A DNA stretch of 64,000 nucleotides from Octopus sinensis (taxonomy: Eukaryota): contig NC_042998.1 of the NCBI RefSeq assembly GCF_006345805.1, positions 310,001 through 374,000 on the forward strand, read 5' to 3'. The notes beneath the pieces are model-generated. The model did no database searches, was not told the DNA's origin, and saw nothing but the letters and a program-made list of their open reading frames with translations. A program made the position numbers and the translations under genes. This document shows, one piece after another, positions 52,690 to 64,000 of this stretch (position 1 is its first letter; the number at the start of each line of letters is the position of its first letter).

Positions 52690-55600
52690 AATGTTCGACA
52701 AAGGAACGTGCTCCTTGTTGGGAAAAATCGAGAATGAGGAAAGAATTGAAAATCTGAATATCAAATGACCTAAACTTAATGACGTCCCTGAGGCAAAAAA
52801 TGTTTCATCTCTGATCAACGTCAAAACTCTCGATGTTGACAGTAAGAGCAACAGCAACAATAACAGCAGAAAGAAATGAAAAATAAGAATGCAAATATCG
52901 CCTCTGCATCTTTTGTGTTGGTGGCGGGAAATATGACAAGTATCCACATAGATAAAGAAGAATTAAAATTGGCAAGAAAAATTGTAAAAAGAGATGGTAG
53001 AAGGGTAGCTCTAAATCCGATGTGATAGAAAATATTACAAGATGCACAGTAACATACTGTTGCATTGGAATCAAGTCTTGGTGGGTGGAAAATTCTCCTG
53101 AGAGCAAAGTACAAAAATGCCTTGGGTACATGTAGGAACAAAAGTCCAACATCACTCGAGGAAAGAAGTTTGGAACTATTGAGGTGAGATGTGGAATGAA
53201 AAAAGAAGCTAGATGTAATTCTGCAACCACTTTGGGGCACAAAACTTTTCTTTTTAATCCCCAGTTACAGCAGCCAATGCCTTGCTAAGATTAGGGTGCT
53301 GAATGTGCCACCAGAAATATTCATGGTTAGTGGTGGCCATCTTGGCAGGTTTAGAAGAAGATGAAGTCACAATATTGGAGGTCAAGAAAATTTGTTAAGT
53401 ATAGGTATAGAACTGACCTTGCAATGCAAGCAGGACCATATCGACCAGCTGCCCAATCTAATCAAACTCCTGGATGGTACTCATCTGTCAGTGTTCATGG
53501 AGGATAGAAAACCAAGATGACACACATGTGGATCTATAAATCACTTAAAGGCTTTCTGCTCTGAAACAAGGTAAAATAAAGTCCCACTGCTGCCAACATT
53601 ACAAACACCACAAGTGCAAAATCATAAACAAGTGCTCAAGACTCCTACATCTACTCCCACACCCAAGTGCATACCCACTCCCAAATCAAGACAAAGAAGG
53701 AGTCTACTTCCAGTTGCCATGGAAAAGCAAGTTTCTCTTGAATGCTCTTCTTTCCAAACCATCATCAACTGCAATAACATGCATGGAGAAAAAAAAGCTG
53801 AACGATTGATGGATCACATTGACAAAAGGGGGTAGGCAAAAGAGGAGGAGGAGGGTTCATAGCCCTAATCCAAGAAATCAACAAAAACTTATTCTGAAAC
53901 CACAACTACAACACAATTCACAACCACTCCAACAAAAACAACAAGAACAAGATTAGCAACTTCAGAAACAGCAACAGCATCAAGAATAGCATGAAATCAC
54001 AGAAACGACTAATTACAGAACTTCAAAAATATTCATCAGACTCTAGACGAAATGTATCCATCAATTTCACTGTTGTGAACAAGTGTAGCAGTGAATTGAT
54101 GGATTTTGTAAGTCAAAACAAAAACAAAACAGAGACAGAGGGAAAAGAATTTGAGAATTTCATCTTCAAAACCTCTAAGGACAGATTTTCAATTAAAACA
54201 TTGTCAGACGTTTATAAAAATGTATAATAGAAAAATTTCCAGGTAGTGTGGGGATTTTAAAAGGATCTGTTGATAAAAGGCTGTTGGAAGGACCCTTTAA
54301 AAAATTTTTGCCAGTAGAGAGGCCTGAAACTTCTGGGCTTCTCAAAAATCAAGGTGAGTAATGTCCTCATTTTCGTTCTCTGACTAGCATGGCTGAGCTG
54401 AGAATGGGGTGTGTGAATATGTGTGGCCTAGGATCAGCTTGGAAGCAACGTCACTTGCTCAACGATCTTGGGTCACTTGATTTGGATGTGGCTGCCATTA
54501 GTGAAACAAAGATCTCCGGAAAACATGCTCTAGCATTCATTTTTGAGGACTGCGAGATATTCTCATCTTGTGGTCTATCAGGAGCGAGTAGCAGTGTAGC
54601 AGTGCTACTCTAGAAATCCTTAGATCTCCAAGTATGGACTATGTTCCTGGACCCAGATGGTAGGGTGGTGGTCCTGGACATGAGTGGCAGTGAAGGTGGT
54701 GCCTTTAGACTGGTGGCAGTTTATGCCCCAACAGGGACTGGAAGGCCAAAATTCTTCAGGCATTCTTGAGAATGTCTCACACTTTAGTACTAGTGGGGGA
54801 CTGGAACAGTACTTTGGACACATGGAAGGACTGTGAGGGTTTAGTACATAGTAGAAGTGGGTGTAAAAACCATGAAAACCTGCTCAGGACCTATCAGCTT
54901 TCTGATAGGTAACAACTGGATTTCCCTGATGTGTCGGTGTAGAAATGATACTTAGAAGGTTTTCAGGCACTCATTGTCCTCTACAAGTTGGGCAAAAGGA
55001 TTGGTGGATGTTCCACTTTAGATATTTACAGAGGATTAGTAGTGGGGAAGTGCAACAAGTGGAGACCCTAGGCATCGACGAAGATGAACTGGCAAGTCTA
55101 TTCCAGAGGACTTTCCAGTCGGAGACTGTTATGGATAATTTCCAGATGCCTTTGGCCTAGCAGTGCTACCAGTTCAAGATAAACACTACAGGCATGGTTG
55201 TGCTGTCAGACGGGCTTGTCCGAGGTGCTTGCAGGATGATGAAACTGGTCTGCATGCACTCATTCAGTGTCTGGAAATTGCTGACTTGTGGAGTTATGTT
55301 GAACAGCTGCTGTCATATGTAGGACAAATGATGATTGCTCCCCCGTCCTCCTTTAATCAGGTTGGCAAGGCAGTTTTCCTTTGTCTGGTGGCTGTGACAA
55401 AAGAAGTTATCTGGTGGACAAAGCTGAAAGGAATGAAGACAGAAACATTTCTCTTTGTTTTGACTTTTTCAAATTTTACTTGTAAAAGAAAGTGACAGAG
55501 AGAGAGGGAGGTGAGGTTCTTGAGTGAATTTATGAAGAAAAGGTGGGTGAAAGTTGTGAAAATGGCAAGAGTGGATGGTACCGCTGCCAGTGTAGACCTG

Positions 55601-55925
55601 TGAGTCTGTAGAAAGAAGTTGGAGAGGGCTCTCGTCCTAGGTATTCAGGGTGATCTTGGATGGTGGAGGTTCCTTGATTATCCCTAGAGGTCCTCCTGTT
55701 TAAGGGGGATCCCATCACAATCACATTTCCCCTACCTCTTTTTCTAGTGTCATATACTATATATATTTCCCTTCTAATATATACCGAGTATACTTTTTAT
55801 TTTATCATTCCACTATATGTAAACCCCCACACTTTATGTTTATCTTTGTATTGCCCCCCCCCTCATCTTTCACCCTGGTGGCACATAAAAGAAATCATCA
55901 TCATTATTAATATCATTATTATTAT
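52690..55925 (+). mobile_element. decayed L1/Tx1-clade LINE lacking the RT domain
   Basis: ORF1 knuckle remnant RKPR*HTCGSINHLKAFC (about 53506-53558); APE endonuclease start MAELRMGCVNMCGL..DVAAISETK (54389); C-terminal CPRCLQDDETGLHALIQC (about 55217-55270). Confidence 0.8.
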
Positions 55926-56006
55926 TTTTTTTTTTTGCATGTGTGAAAGAAATGTCAGTGTCAATGGGTGGAAACATCTAGAGAACATATTGGCTTGCTT
56001 ACCTAC

Positions 56007-56129
56007 CTGTGAGTCTAATGGCTGGCGTTATGTTATTAGGTCCTGTAATGTACTGAATTCCAGGACTTGATGTTCTTTTTAGCAACGGGATCAAATCCAG
56101 CACGTCTCCTTCGTGATTTGTGCTTTTTA
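56007..56129 (-). CDS. NELL1: NELL-like gene, first visible coding exon (start of TSPN domain)
   Basis: Acceptor tatttctgttttatttttcag and donor ACAG|GTAGGT; 123 bp, phase 1-1. Reads xKSTNHEGDVLDLIPLLKRTSSPGIQYITGPNNITPAIRLT(D), resembling the NELL segment after the signal peptide, and joins in frame to exon 21105-21255. Confidence 0.75.
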
Positions 56130-57671
56130 CTGAAAAATAAAACAGAAATACAATTCTTAGTTTCTTCATTAAGCAAATGTTATGAGCTATAAATATATAT
56201 TATTTAATTCGTGGGTGGTGGTGGTAGTGAGAAAAGAAAGAAGAGGAAAAGAAGTGCTGTGATGTTCATTACTTTTCAAAGATATAATAATATATTAAGT
56301 GAAATGATTCTAACTGGGAAGTGAAAGTGTACCAAAAGTCCCATTTACCATTCTTACGATATAACTGCTACCACCACCACCACCACCTTTAGCACAGCTA
56401 GTTTTTGTTTTGAAAGTAGTTTCAAAAATAACAAAATAATTCTTTATCTCACACAACTCTTTCAAAGGATAATGAAAGAAAAAAGAAAAAAAATGTTTTG
56501 TTTTAAAAAAATGTTTTTTTATTAAAATATGAGATATGAAAGTGTTGAGATAAGAAATAATAAAATGAAAAAAAAAAATTTTTTTTTCAGAGAGATTTTC
56601 TTATCAAGAAATTGTTGAAAGAAAGCTTCAAAAGATTTTTTTAAACAGTTATTTTTTTGTTTTAAAGAAAAAAAAAATGGAAGCTTCTTTTGAAATAGTT
56701 TTAAGTATAAGCTTCTTTAGTGAAAGGATAAAATATAAGTTGATAACAAGAGAAAATAAAAATATGCTTTTAAACAATAATAAAGGAAACATAACCTTAA
56801 TAAACAAACTTGGATTTTATTTATCGATTAGAAAAATCATATTGATTCAGCTACTGAACTTTTGAAAAAATGTAAAATAAATTATGGAAAATTATTTTAA
56901 AACCAAGACTTAAAAGATTACTTACAGAGAAAAATTATACATATATATACACACATACATACACCTGAAATATATTGATACATTATACACACACACAAAT
57001 ATAATATATATACACATATATAATATATATATATATATACACACATATATAATATATATATATATACACACATATATTTATACATACACACATATGAAAT
57101 ATATATATACGTATATACATATAGACACATATAACACACACACGCACACACATACACATTTATAAAAGAAAAACATTAGCTCGTCACCCTCATGCACACA
57201 ATTTTCCTCTCTTTCAGAATTAGTAATCTCAATACAGGGATAGAACATACTATTTTTCCTGTAGGGTCAAATACATTATAGATTAATCCATAGCAGCTTC
57301 TTTATAAGAATCTAATCATACAAATTCACTATACATGTGGCTTTAAACTTTTATTATTACACCAAAACAATATTCAATTAGGTACATCTTTTAATTATTA
57401 TTTATGTTGGAGACCACAGTAGTAAATATCATTTTTAATTAAGTTTAAAAGTCAGGTGTTAATCTGAGTGATGGGTTTAAGTCTACCAATCAGGTAGGAC
57501 ATAGTGGGATTTGAACTCAGAATGTAATGAACCAGAACAGATACCACGATTTTTCTAACAGTTCTGCCAATCCATCACCTTAGATTGGTACATATTTATT
57601 GACCCCTGAAAGGGTGAAAGGCAAGGTTGATCTCGGCTGGACTTGAACTCAGAGCACAGAAAGTGAAAATA

Positions 57672-57858
57672 AATATTCTTTTCTACTCTAGGCACAAGGC
57701 CTGAAATTTTTAGGGAGTGGGACAGTCGATTAGATTGACCCCAATATGCAACTGGTACTTGATTTAGCGACCCAAAAGCATGAAAGACAAAGTCGACCTC
57801 AGTGAAATTTGAACTCAGAAATACCTGGCGTGCTAATGTTTCTGCCAGCTCGCCACTT
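57672..57858 (-). mobile_element. SINE family D nested in an older copy
   Basis: Flanked by AGTGAAAATAAATATT direct repeats. Confidence 0.7.
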
Positions 57859-58182
57859 TAGTGAAAATAAATATTGTGAAATGCTGTGTCCAACTCTGAT
57901 GACTTTGCCAATCAGAACATCTTGAGAGGGAACCAATAGTTTTGCGTTACAGTCATTGTTACTATCTTTCACACACATCATTCTCTAGAACAGTGGCTCT
58001 CAATCAGGGTCCATATGGCCCTTATAGGGGTCCACTTTGCTATCACATGATTTAATTTATATTCTATTGGACCCTCAGAATAACTAAGTATCATCTGATA
58101 CTTTGGGTTGACCAAAGTCTTGTTAAGTGCATTTGCTAAATGGAAATTGAAAGAAGCCCATCATATGTATGTATATATATAC

Positions 58183-58582
58183 TCTTTACTCTCTTTTACT
58201 CTTTTACTTGTTTCAGTCATTTGACTGTGGCCATGCTGGAGCACCGCCTTTAGTCAAGCAAATCGACCCCAGGACTTATTCTTTTATAAGATTAGTACTT
58301 ATTCTATCGGACTCTTTTGCCGAACCGCTATGTTACAGGGACGTAAAGACACCAGCATCGGTTGTCAAGCGATGTTGGGGGGGACAAACACAGACACACA
58401 AACATATATACACACACATATATAGAGATACGACGGGCTTCTTTCAGTTTCTGTCTACCAAATCCACTCACAAGGCTTTGGTCAGCCCGAAGCTATAGTA
58501 AAAGACACTTGCCCAAAGTGCCACATGGTGGGACTGAACGTGGAACCATGTGGCAAGCTACTTAAGACACAGCCACTCATGC
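58183..58582 (-). mobile_element. SINE family C
   Basis: Family match with (CTCTTTTA)n tail. Confidence 0.88.
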
Positions 58583-59103
58583 AACTACTATATATATATA
58601 TATATATACATATAAAAAAATATTCCTTTTTGGTTTTAAATTGCATCTAGCCACCTTAATTATTTTACACACACACTCACTCACATATGTACATATATAT
58701 GCATGTGTGTGTCTTTGTGTCTGTGTTTATCCCCCACCACTACATGACAATTGGTGTTGATGAGTTTATGTACCTGTAACTTAGTGGTTTGGCAAAAACA
58801 GCAAATAGAATAAGCATCAGACTGGGCTTTTTCGTTCAACTAAATTTCTTCAAGACGGTACCTCAGCACAGAAGTTTTATTAATTCTGCCTTGCTGAGAA
58901 CTTAATCATCTCACTAGTGCAGGTGCCATGAAAATATTTCCCTGGTGCACTCAGTAAAGTGCCTAGAGATAGGGGAAGGCACCCAGCTCTAAGAGACCAA
59001 GCCAAAATGCCATGCACAAGCATCGACCTGAGGCTATAATAGGAGATACTTATGCAAGGTGCCATGCAGTAGGACTGAACCTGGAACCATGTGGGTGGGA
59101 AGC

Positions 59104-59134
<31 letters not shown>

Positions 59135-59251
59135 TCTATGTAACTATGTATGTGTATGTGTGTGTGTGTGTATGTATCTATCTATGTATGTGTATGTGTG
59201 TGTGTGTGTATGTGTGTGTGTGTGTGTGTGTGTATGTGTGTGTGTATGTAA

Positions 59252-59670
59252 GCATAGGAGTGGCTGTGTGGTAAGTAGCTTGCTTACGAACCGCATGGTT
59301 CTGGGTTCAGTCTCACTGCGTGGCACCTTGGGCAAATATCTTCTACTATAGCCTCGGGCCGACCAAAGCCTTGTGAATGGATTTGGTAAACGGAAACTGA
59401 AAGAAGCCCATCATATATATGTATATATATATATGTATGTGTGTATATGTTTGTATGTCTGTGTTTGACCCCCTAACATTGCTTGACAACCAATGCTGGT
59501 GTGTTTACGTCCCCGAAACTTAGCGGTTCAGCAAAAGAGACCAATAGAATAAGCACTAGGCTTACAAGGAATAAGTCCTGGGGTCGATTTGCTTGACTAA
59601 AGGCGGTGCACAAGCATGACCAAAGTCAAATGACTGAAACAAATAAAAGAGTAAAAATGTAAAAGAGTAT
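59252..59670 (+). mobile_element. SINE family C
   Basis: Full length; inverted partner of 58183-58582. Confidence 0.88.
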
Positions 59671-60689
59671 GTATGTATAAAACTTATATAAATTAACCAT
59701 TGCAAGTTCACAAGTCTGTCTAAAGGCATGAATACATTATTAATAAATCACATAACATAGGTTACTGTTGCAAGTGTTGTTGCAGGCATCTCATCAGAGA
59801 TACTAATCCTGTTATAACTGAAGGCATCTCACTCTCAATGATCAGTTCACCTACACGTTAACAGAGGCTATGAACAAGACGACTTTTTCAAGTAGTGTAA
59901 ACATTAAAACGACAAAATCAATTGAAGATCAGTTTCATAAGATTGAGGATATTAGCTAATAATTACCAATCTAATAAACTTTAGATTTTTTTTCAGTTCA
60001 TCATCTGACCTTGTCTTTATAGCTCATCCTTAATATCCTATATTCAATAGTATCATTCTGATGAGTTACTCCATCATCACTATAAATACCACCATAAATT
60101 TCAAAAGGGATTAACAATATACACAACATCATTTTTAGGAATGATTTCACTTCAAAACACTTCTCCAAGTAACCTAATACTCTCTGAGAGGTAAGGTATC
60201 TTACTTTAATGATGACTAACATCTACTTTTTCCATGCTTGCATGGATTAGATAGAATCTATTGAGTCAGAATTTCTGTATCTGGATGCCCTTCCTGTTCA
60301 CCAGGCAAGGTATTATTTCCCCGTGGTCAGACAAAGGTTTTATTTTATATTTTTGCAGAATATTGGAATTGAATACCATTCATCTACAACAGTCACAAGA
60401 TGTCAAAACAAGGGCACACACACACACATACACTCACTTGTGGGAGGATTGTAGGGGAGAGTCCTCAGGCATACACACTTGTGTGTGTGTATGTGTGTGT
60501 ATATATACATACGTATGATAGGCTTCTTTCACTTTCTGTTCACCAAATCCACTCACACAGCTTCAGTCAACTCAGACCTATAGTAGAAATCATTTGTTGA
60601 AAGGGCTTTGCAGTGAGATTGAACCTGAGACCATAAGGTTTTGAAGCAAATGTTTGAAGCATACAGCCATGCCTGCACCTGGTAAAATG

Positions 60690-60890
60690 TGACCTTGTGT
60701 GTACTGTTGCCGATTTTTTTTCCTCTGTCTTCCCTTCTCTGGATCTTTCCTTCTCCTATGTTTCCAACGAAGAGCTCCGCTCGAAACGTTAAACCCTCCT
60801 TCTTTCCTGAGCGTCCAATAATACTTTATTTGTTCCACATCCTTGCGTTGTTGTGTCTTTTTTGTGTTTTCTTGTTTGGATTAATTAAAT
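60690..60890 (+). mobile_element. Penelope-like fragment with degenerate minimal hammerhead
   Basis: gttt-CCAACGA-a-gagc-tcc-gctc-GAAA-cg-tt-aaac at 60760-60794; the core differs from CUGANGA at two positions. Confidence 0.55.
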
Positions 60891-62039
60891 ATATATGTAT
60901 ATATATATATATATATATGTAATTTAGACAGAAATATTTGAAACAAATATAGTGAGACATTCTGTCCAACATTATAATAGCTGCCTATTGGCCCCATGCC
61001 CCTCCTCTCCTTATTCCAAGAGATTGTTTGCACATCTGGGATGGCCCACTTCTGATGCATACTTACATTCTAGAGAGAACTGAACAAAACGATGTTTGTC
61101 TAAAAGGCAAGGTTAGACACAAGGTGGACTACTATAAAAATAAATATGTCCCCTCACTGACTCTCTTTTACAACTCTTGTAATGATCTTTGTTCCTCTGA
61201 AGAAATCAGCTCCATGTTACCTTGAATACAATTCTACTTGATGCCCCTGTCTCTCCTTTGTTTCTTAATCTAACTCTCATCCCCAAATTTAAATCTTCAT
61301 ACCCTTCCTAGACTTTCTTTCTCATAGCAACATTCTTTTAAAACTCTCCATTGTCTGACTTCAAGCCAATAAGAATTTAAAATAACCACAACTACTCTGA
61401 CCACATAGTTATCATAGCTATTCATATCCTTAATCCTTGAAATTTTAAAACAAGTTTTTAAAATCACAACTCCTAATCTATTTTTAGTCTCTTTACTAAA
61501 AAAATTAATTAAAAATTACAAAATAAAAATGCTAATATTACGAGCATTTTCTTCTTCTTCATGACAAATTAACAAATTTATATTTTAGTTTTATTGAACA
61601 AAATTTTCACCAATGGAGATTACAACTAGTCTCTTTTAATTCCAGTGTTTAGAAAGCATTGTGATTCCTTCAAAAGACTAAAGAATAAAATTTCGAAAAT
61701 GTTCAACAAAAAATGGGATTAAAAGACACATGAACCATTAATCTCTGATTGAAAGGATTACTCCTGGAGGGATTTTAAACAAGGAGTATTTTGGTTTAAG
61801 GTTGAATTATTTATACTTAAAAACTAAAACATGTAAATGTGGATATAAAACACATTATTTGATATTATCAGTTTAAATATCAAATGTAACTTATGTCTTA
61901 CTCAATTCACAACCAAACTTAACTGATGTAGTATTTGCGTGTTTTGCATGGTCATGTGTGTGTCTGGGTGCATGTGAATGTTAAGAGCTAAGATTGGCAT
62001 AAACATTTAAAAGTTTTATAGCTTTAATTCAATAGATAA

Positions 62040-62085
62040 ACTGAAAGAGAGAGAGAGAAATGGACAGATAGATAAATGAATAGAT

Positions 62086-62121
<36 letters not shown>

Positions 62122-62560
62122 GGGGTAGAATATGCGTATGAGTGAGAGAGTGTTAAAGAGAAACAGTATGTAAGAGAGAGAGAGAGAGAGGTGTGAAAAA
62201 TTGTATATGAGTGTGTAAGTGAGAGACAGGGAGTGTGTGTGTGTGTGTAAGTATGAGAGATAGAGGGGGGGTGTATATGAGTATGAGTGTGTAAGAGAGA
62301 ATGAGAGTGAAATATTGTATGTGTGTGTGTGAGCATGAGAGAGGGAGTGTGTGTGTGAGCATGAGAGAGGGAGTGTGTGTGTGCATGAGAGAGGGAGTGT
62401 GTGTGTGTGTGTGTGTGCATGAGAGGTAGTGTATGTGTGTGTGTGTGCATGAGGGAGTGTGTGTCTGTGTGTGCACGAGAGAGGGAGTGTGTGTATGTGT
62501 GTGTGTGAGAGGGAGTGTGTGTGTGTAAGAGAGAGAGAGAGAAAGAGAGTGAGAGAGAGA
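62040..62560. repeat. (GA)n/(GT)n low-complexity array with GCATGAGAGAGGGAGTGTGT units
   Basis: Directly visible. Confidence 0.9.
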
Positions 62561-63434
62561 GATCAGATATGAGAACTGTGCCCTCAAATGTAGATGAGTA
62601 ATAGTAGTGACCCTGGGTTGCTTCATTTAAAAAAGATAACAATGCTCCAGACATAATCCAATACAAAACAGATAATCGATGATCACAAAGTTAGAAAACA
62701 AAAACAAAGAAAGAACTAGCTCTGTATATTAACAAGGGTAATGGATAGGGTAACAGGAAATGTTTGGAATTATTCAAAAAGCATAATGTTTACAGAAGGT
62801 TCGAATAAATAATTAAAAAGATGCAACAATGCAAATGTATGCAAAATAAGTTAGCTGCAAAATATGCATGTTGAACCATTAATAATGAATGGTGTGATGC
62901 CAATGATGATGGTGATGATGAAGATGGAGATGGAGATGATACTGATGATAAAAGTTTTGGCTCTTTATCTAATTGATCACTAATTATTATAGTAATTAGG
63001 AAGATAATCTCCAACAACGAAAATTCAGAGACAATAACAGAGTATTTACTACTTTCAAATGGAAGACAACAAAACAAAAAAGATTAACTCAATACTTGGG
63101 ATTTTCCTATAAATAGAAAATTTGAATTGATATTCTATGCCTTTCTAAGGCTGATGACCATTATTTAAATGCCCACTTTTTTTTTTCATGCTTCAATGGG
63201 CCAAATGGAATTTGTTGAGGCAGATTTTCTACAGCTGGATGCCCCTCCTGTTGCCTACTCTCACCTGTTTTCAAGCAAGATAATAATACCCTGGATTGAG
63301 CAACAAGCACACTGGACATAGTTATGCAGTGAACTGGAAACAAACTCACTGAGTTTAAACAAGCCTTTTGTTAGCAGTCAGTAAACATGTGTGACAAGAG
63401 GAAATATGAACTTACACAAACACACACATACATA

Positions 63435-63470
<36 letters not shown>

Positions 63471-63627
63471 ATATATCATCATCATCATTATCATCATCAA
63501 TTTAATGTCAACTTTTCCATGCTTGTGCACGGGTTGGATGGATCTAGTCTTCAATAACAAAACAGACACAATTATCACTGATATCTATGAAACATTTCTG
63601 TATCCCAGACTCTCTAGCAATGGTAAA

Positions 63628-63872
63628 GAACCCCTTCGGTCATGAATGACCATGGGATTGCATCTAGGAAATTCCTGTCTGAGGCACAAGTTCAGGTAAG
63701 GTTGTTTGTGGAAGACCAGCAGTTGCCCACGCATACCGGCCTCCCTTCTCCATGCCACTGATGTTATCCAAGGGAAAGGCAAAGGGGCTGATACAGCTTG
63801 ATACTGCCTGGTCTGGGAATTGAATTCACTTCCTCATGATTGTGTGCCTGATGCTCTAACTACTGAACCACT
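63628..63872 (-). mobile_element. SINE family F, internally deleted
   Basis: Matches 23018-23377. Confidence 0.7.
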
Positions 63873-64000
63873 CAATCCTCAAAGTCACTGCAGAGTCCAT
63901 GCTCCATCATCTCATAATCTTTTGTGGCTGTCCATTCATTTGTCCATCCATCCGTCCGTCCGTCCTTCCATCCATCAATCCATCCATTCATTCATTCTCA

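Noticed and set aside
62612-62654. Possible NELL first exon MSGALLSFLNEATQ(G) with a phase-1 GT
   Set aside because: Weak donor (GTCACT) and too short and polar for a signal peptide; exon 1 is probably outside the window.

Overview
AT-rich, repeat-dense animal genomic DNA. The SINE and LINE families point to an Octopus/coleoid cephalopod genome (inference, not a database result). The only host gene I can support is a NELL1/NELL2-like gene on the minus strand. Three phase-compatible coding exons (56007-56129, 21105-21255, 9896-10166) encode its N-terminal TSPN/laminin-G domain, separated by introns of about 34.8 kb and 10.9 kb. The signal-peptide exon and downstream exons were not found in the window. 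The rest is intronic: at least six SINE families, decayed non-LTR retrotransposons (R4/Dong, L1/Tx1, CR1, RTE), a DD37D Tc1/mariner remnant, hAT/piggyBac/Tc1-type MITEs, a Helentron-like fragment, microsatellites and many fold-back hairpins. I found no convincing new multi-gene system. The best leads are: an apparently intact minimal hammerhead ribozyme with an adjacent antisense arm (13.3-13.5 kb); a tandem 5' splice donor on a NELL exon whose stronger site is in frame only if the next exon is skipped; a CR1 LINE sharing its 3' tail with the commonest SINE; and many potential dsRNA (ADAR) substrates in the NELL pre-mRNA. Repeat boundaries were read by eye and are approximate unless a TSD is quoted. 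SINE family letters A-F are my own labels.
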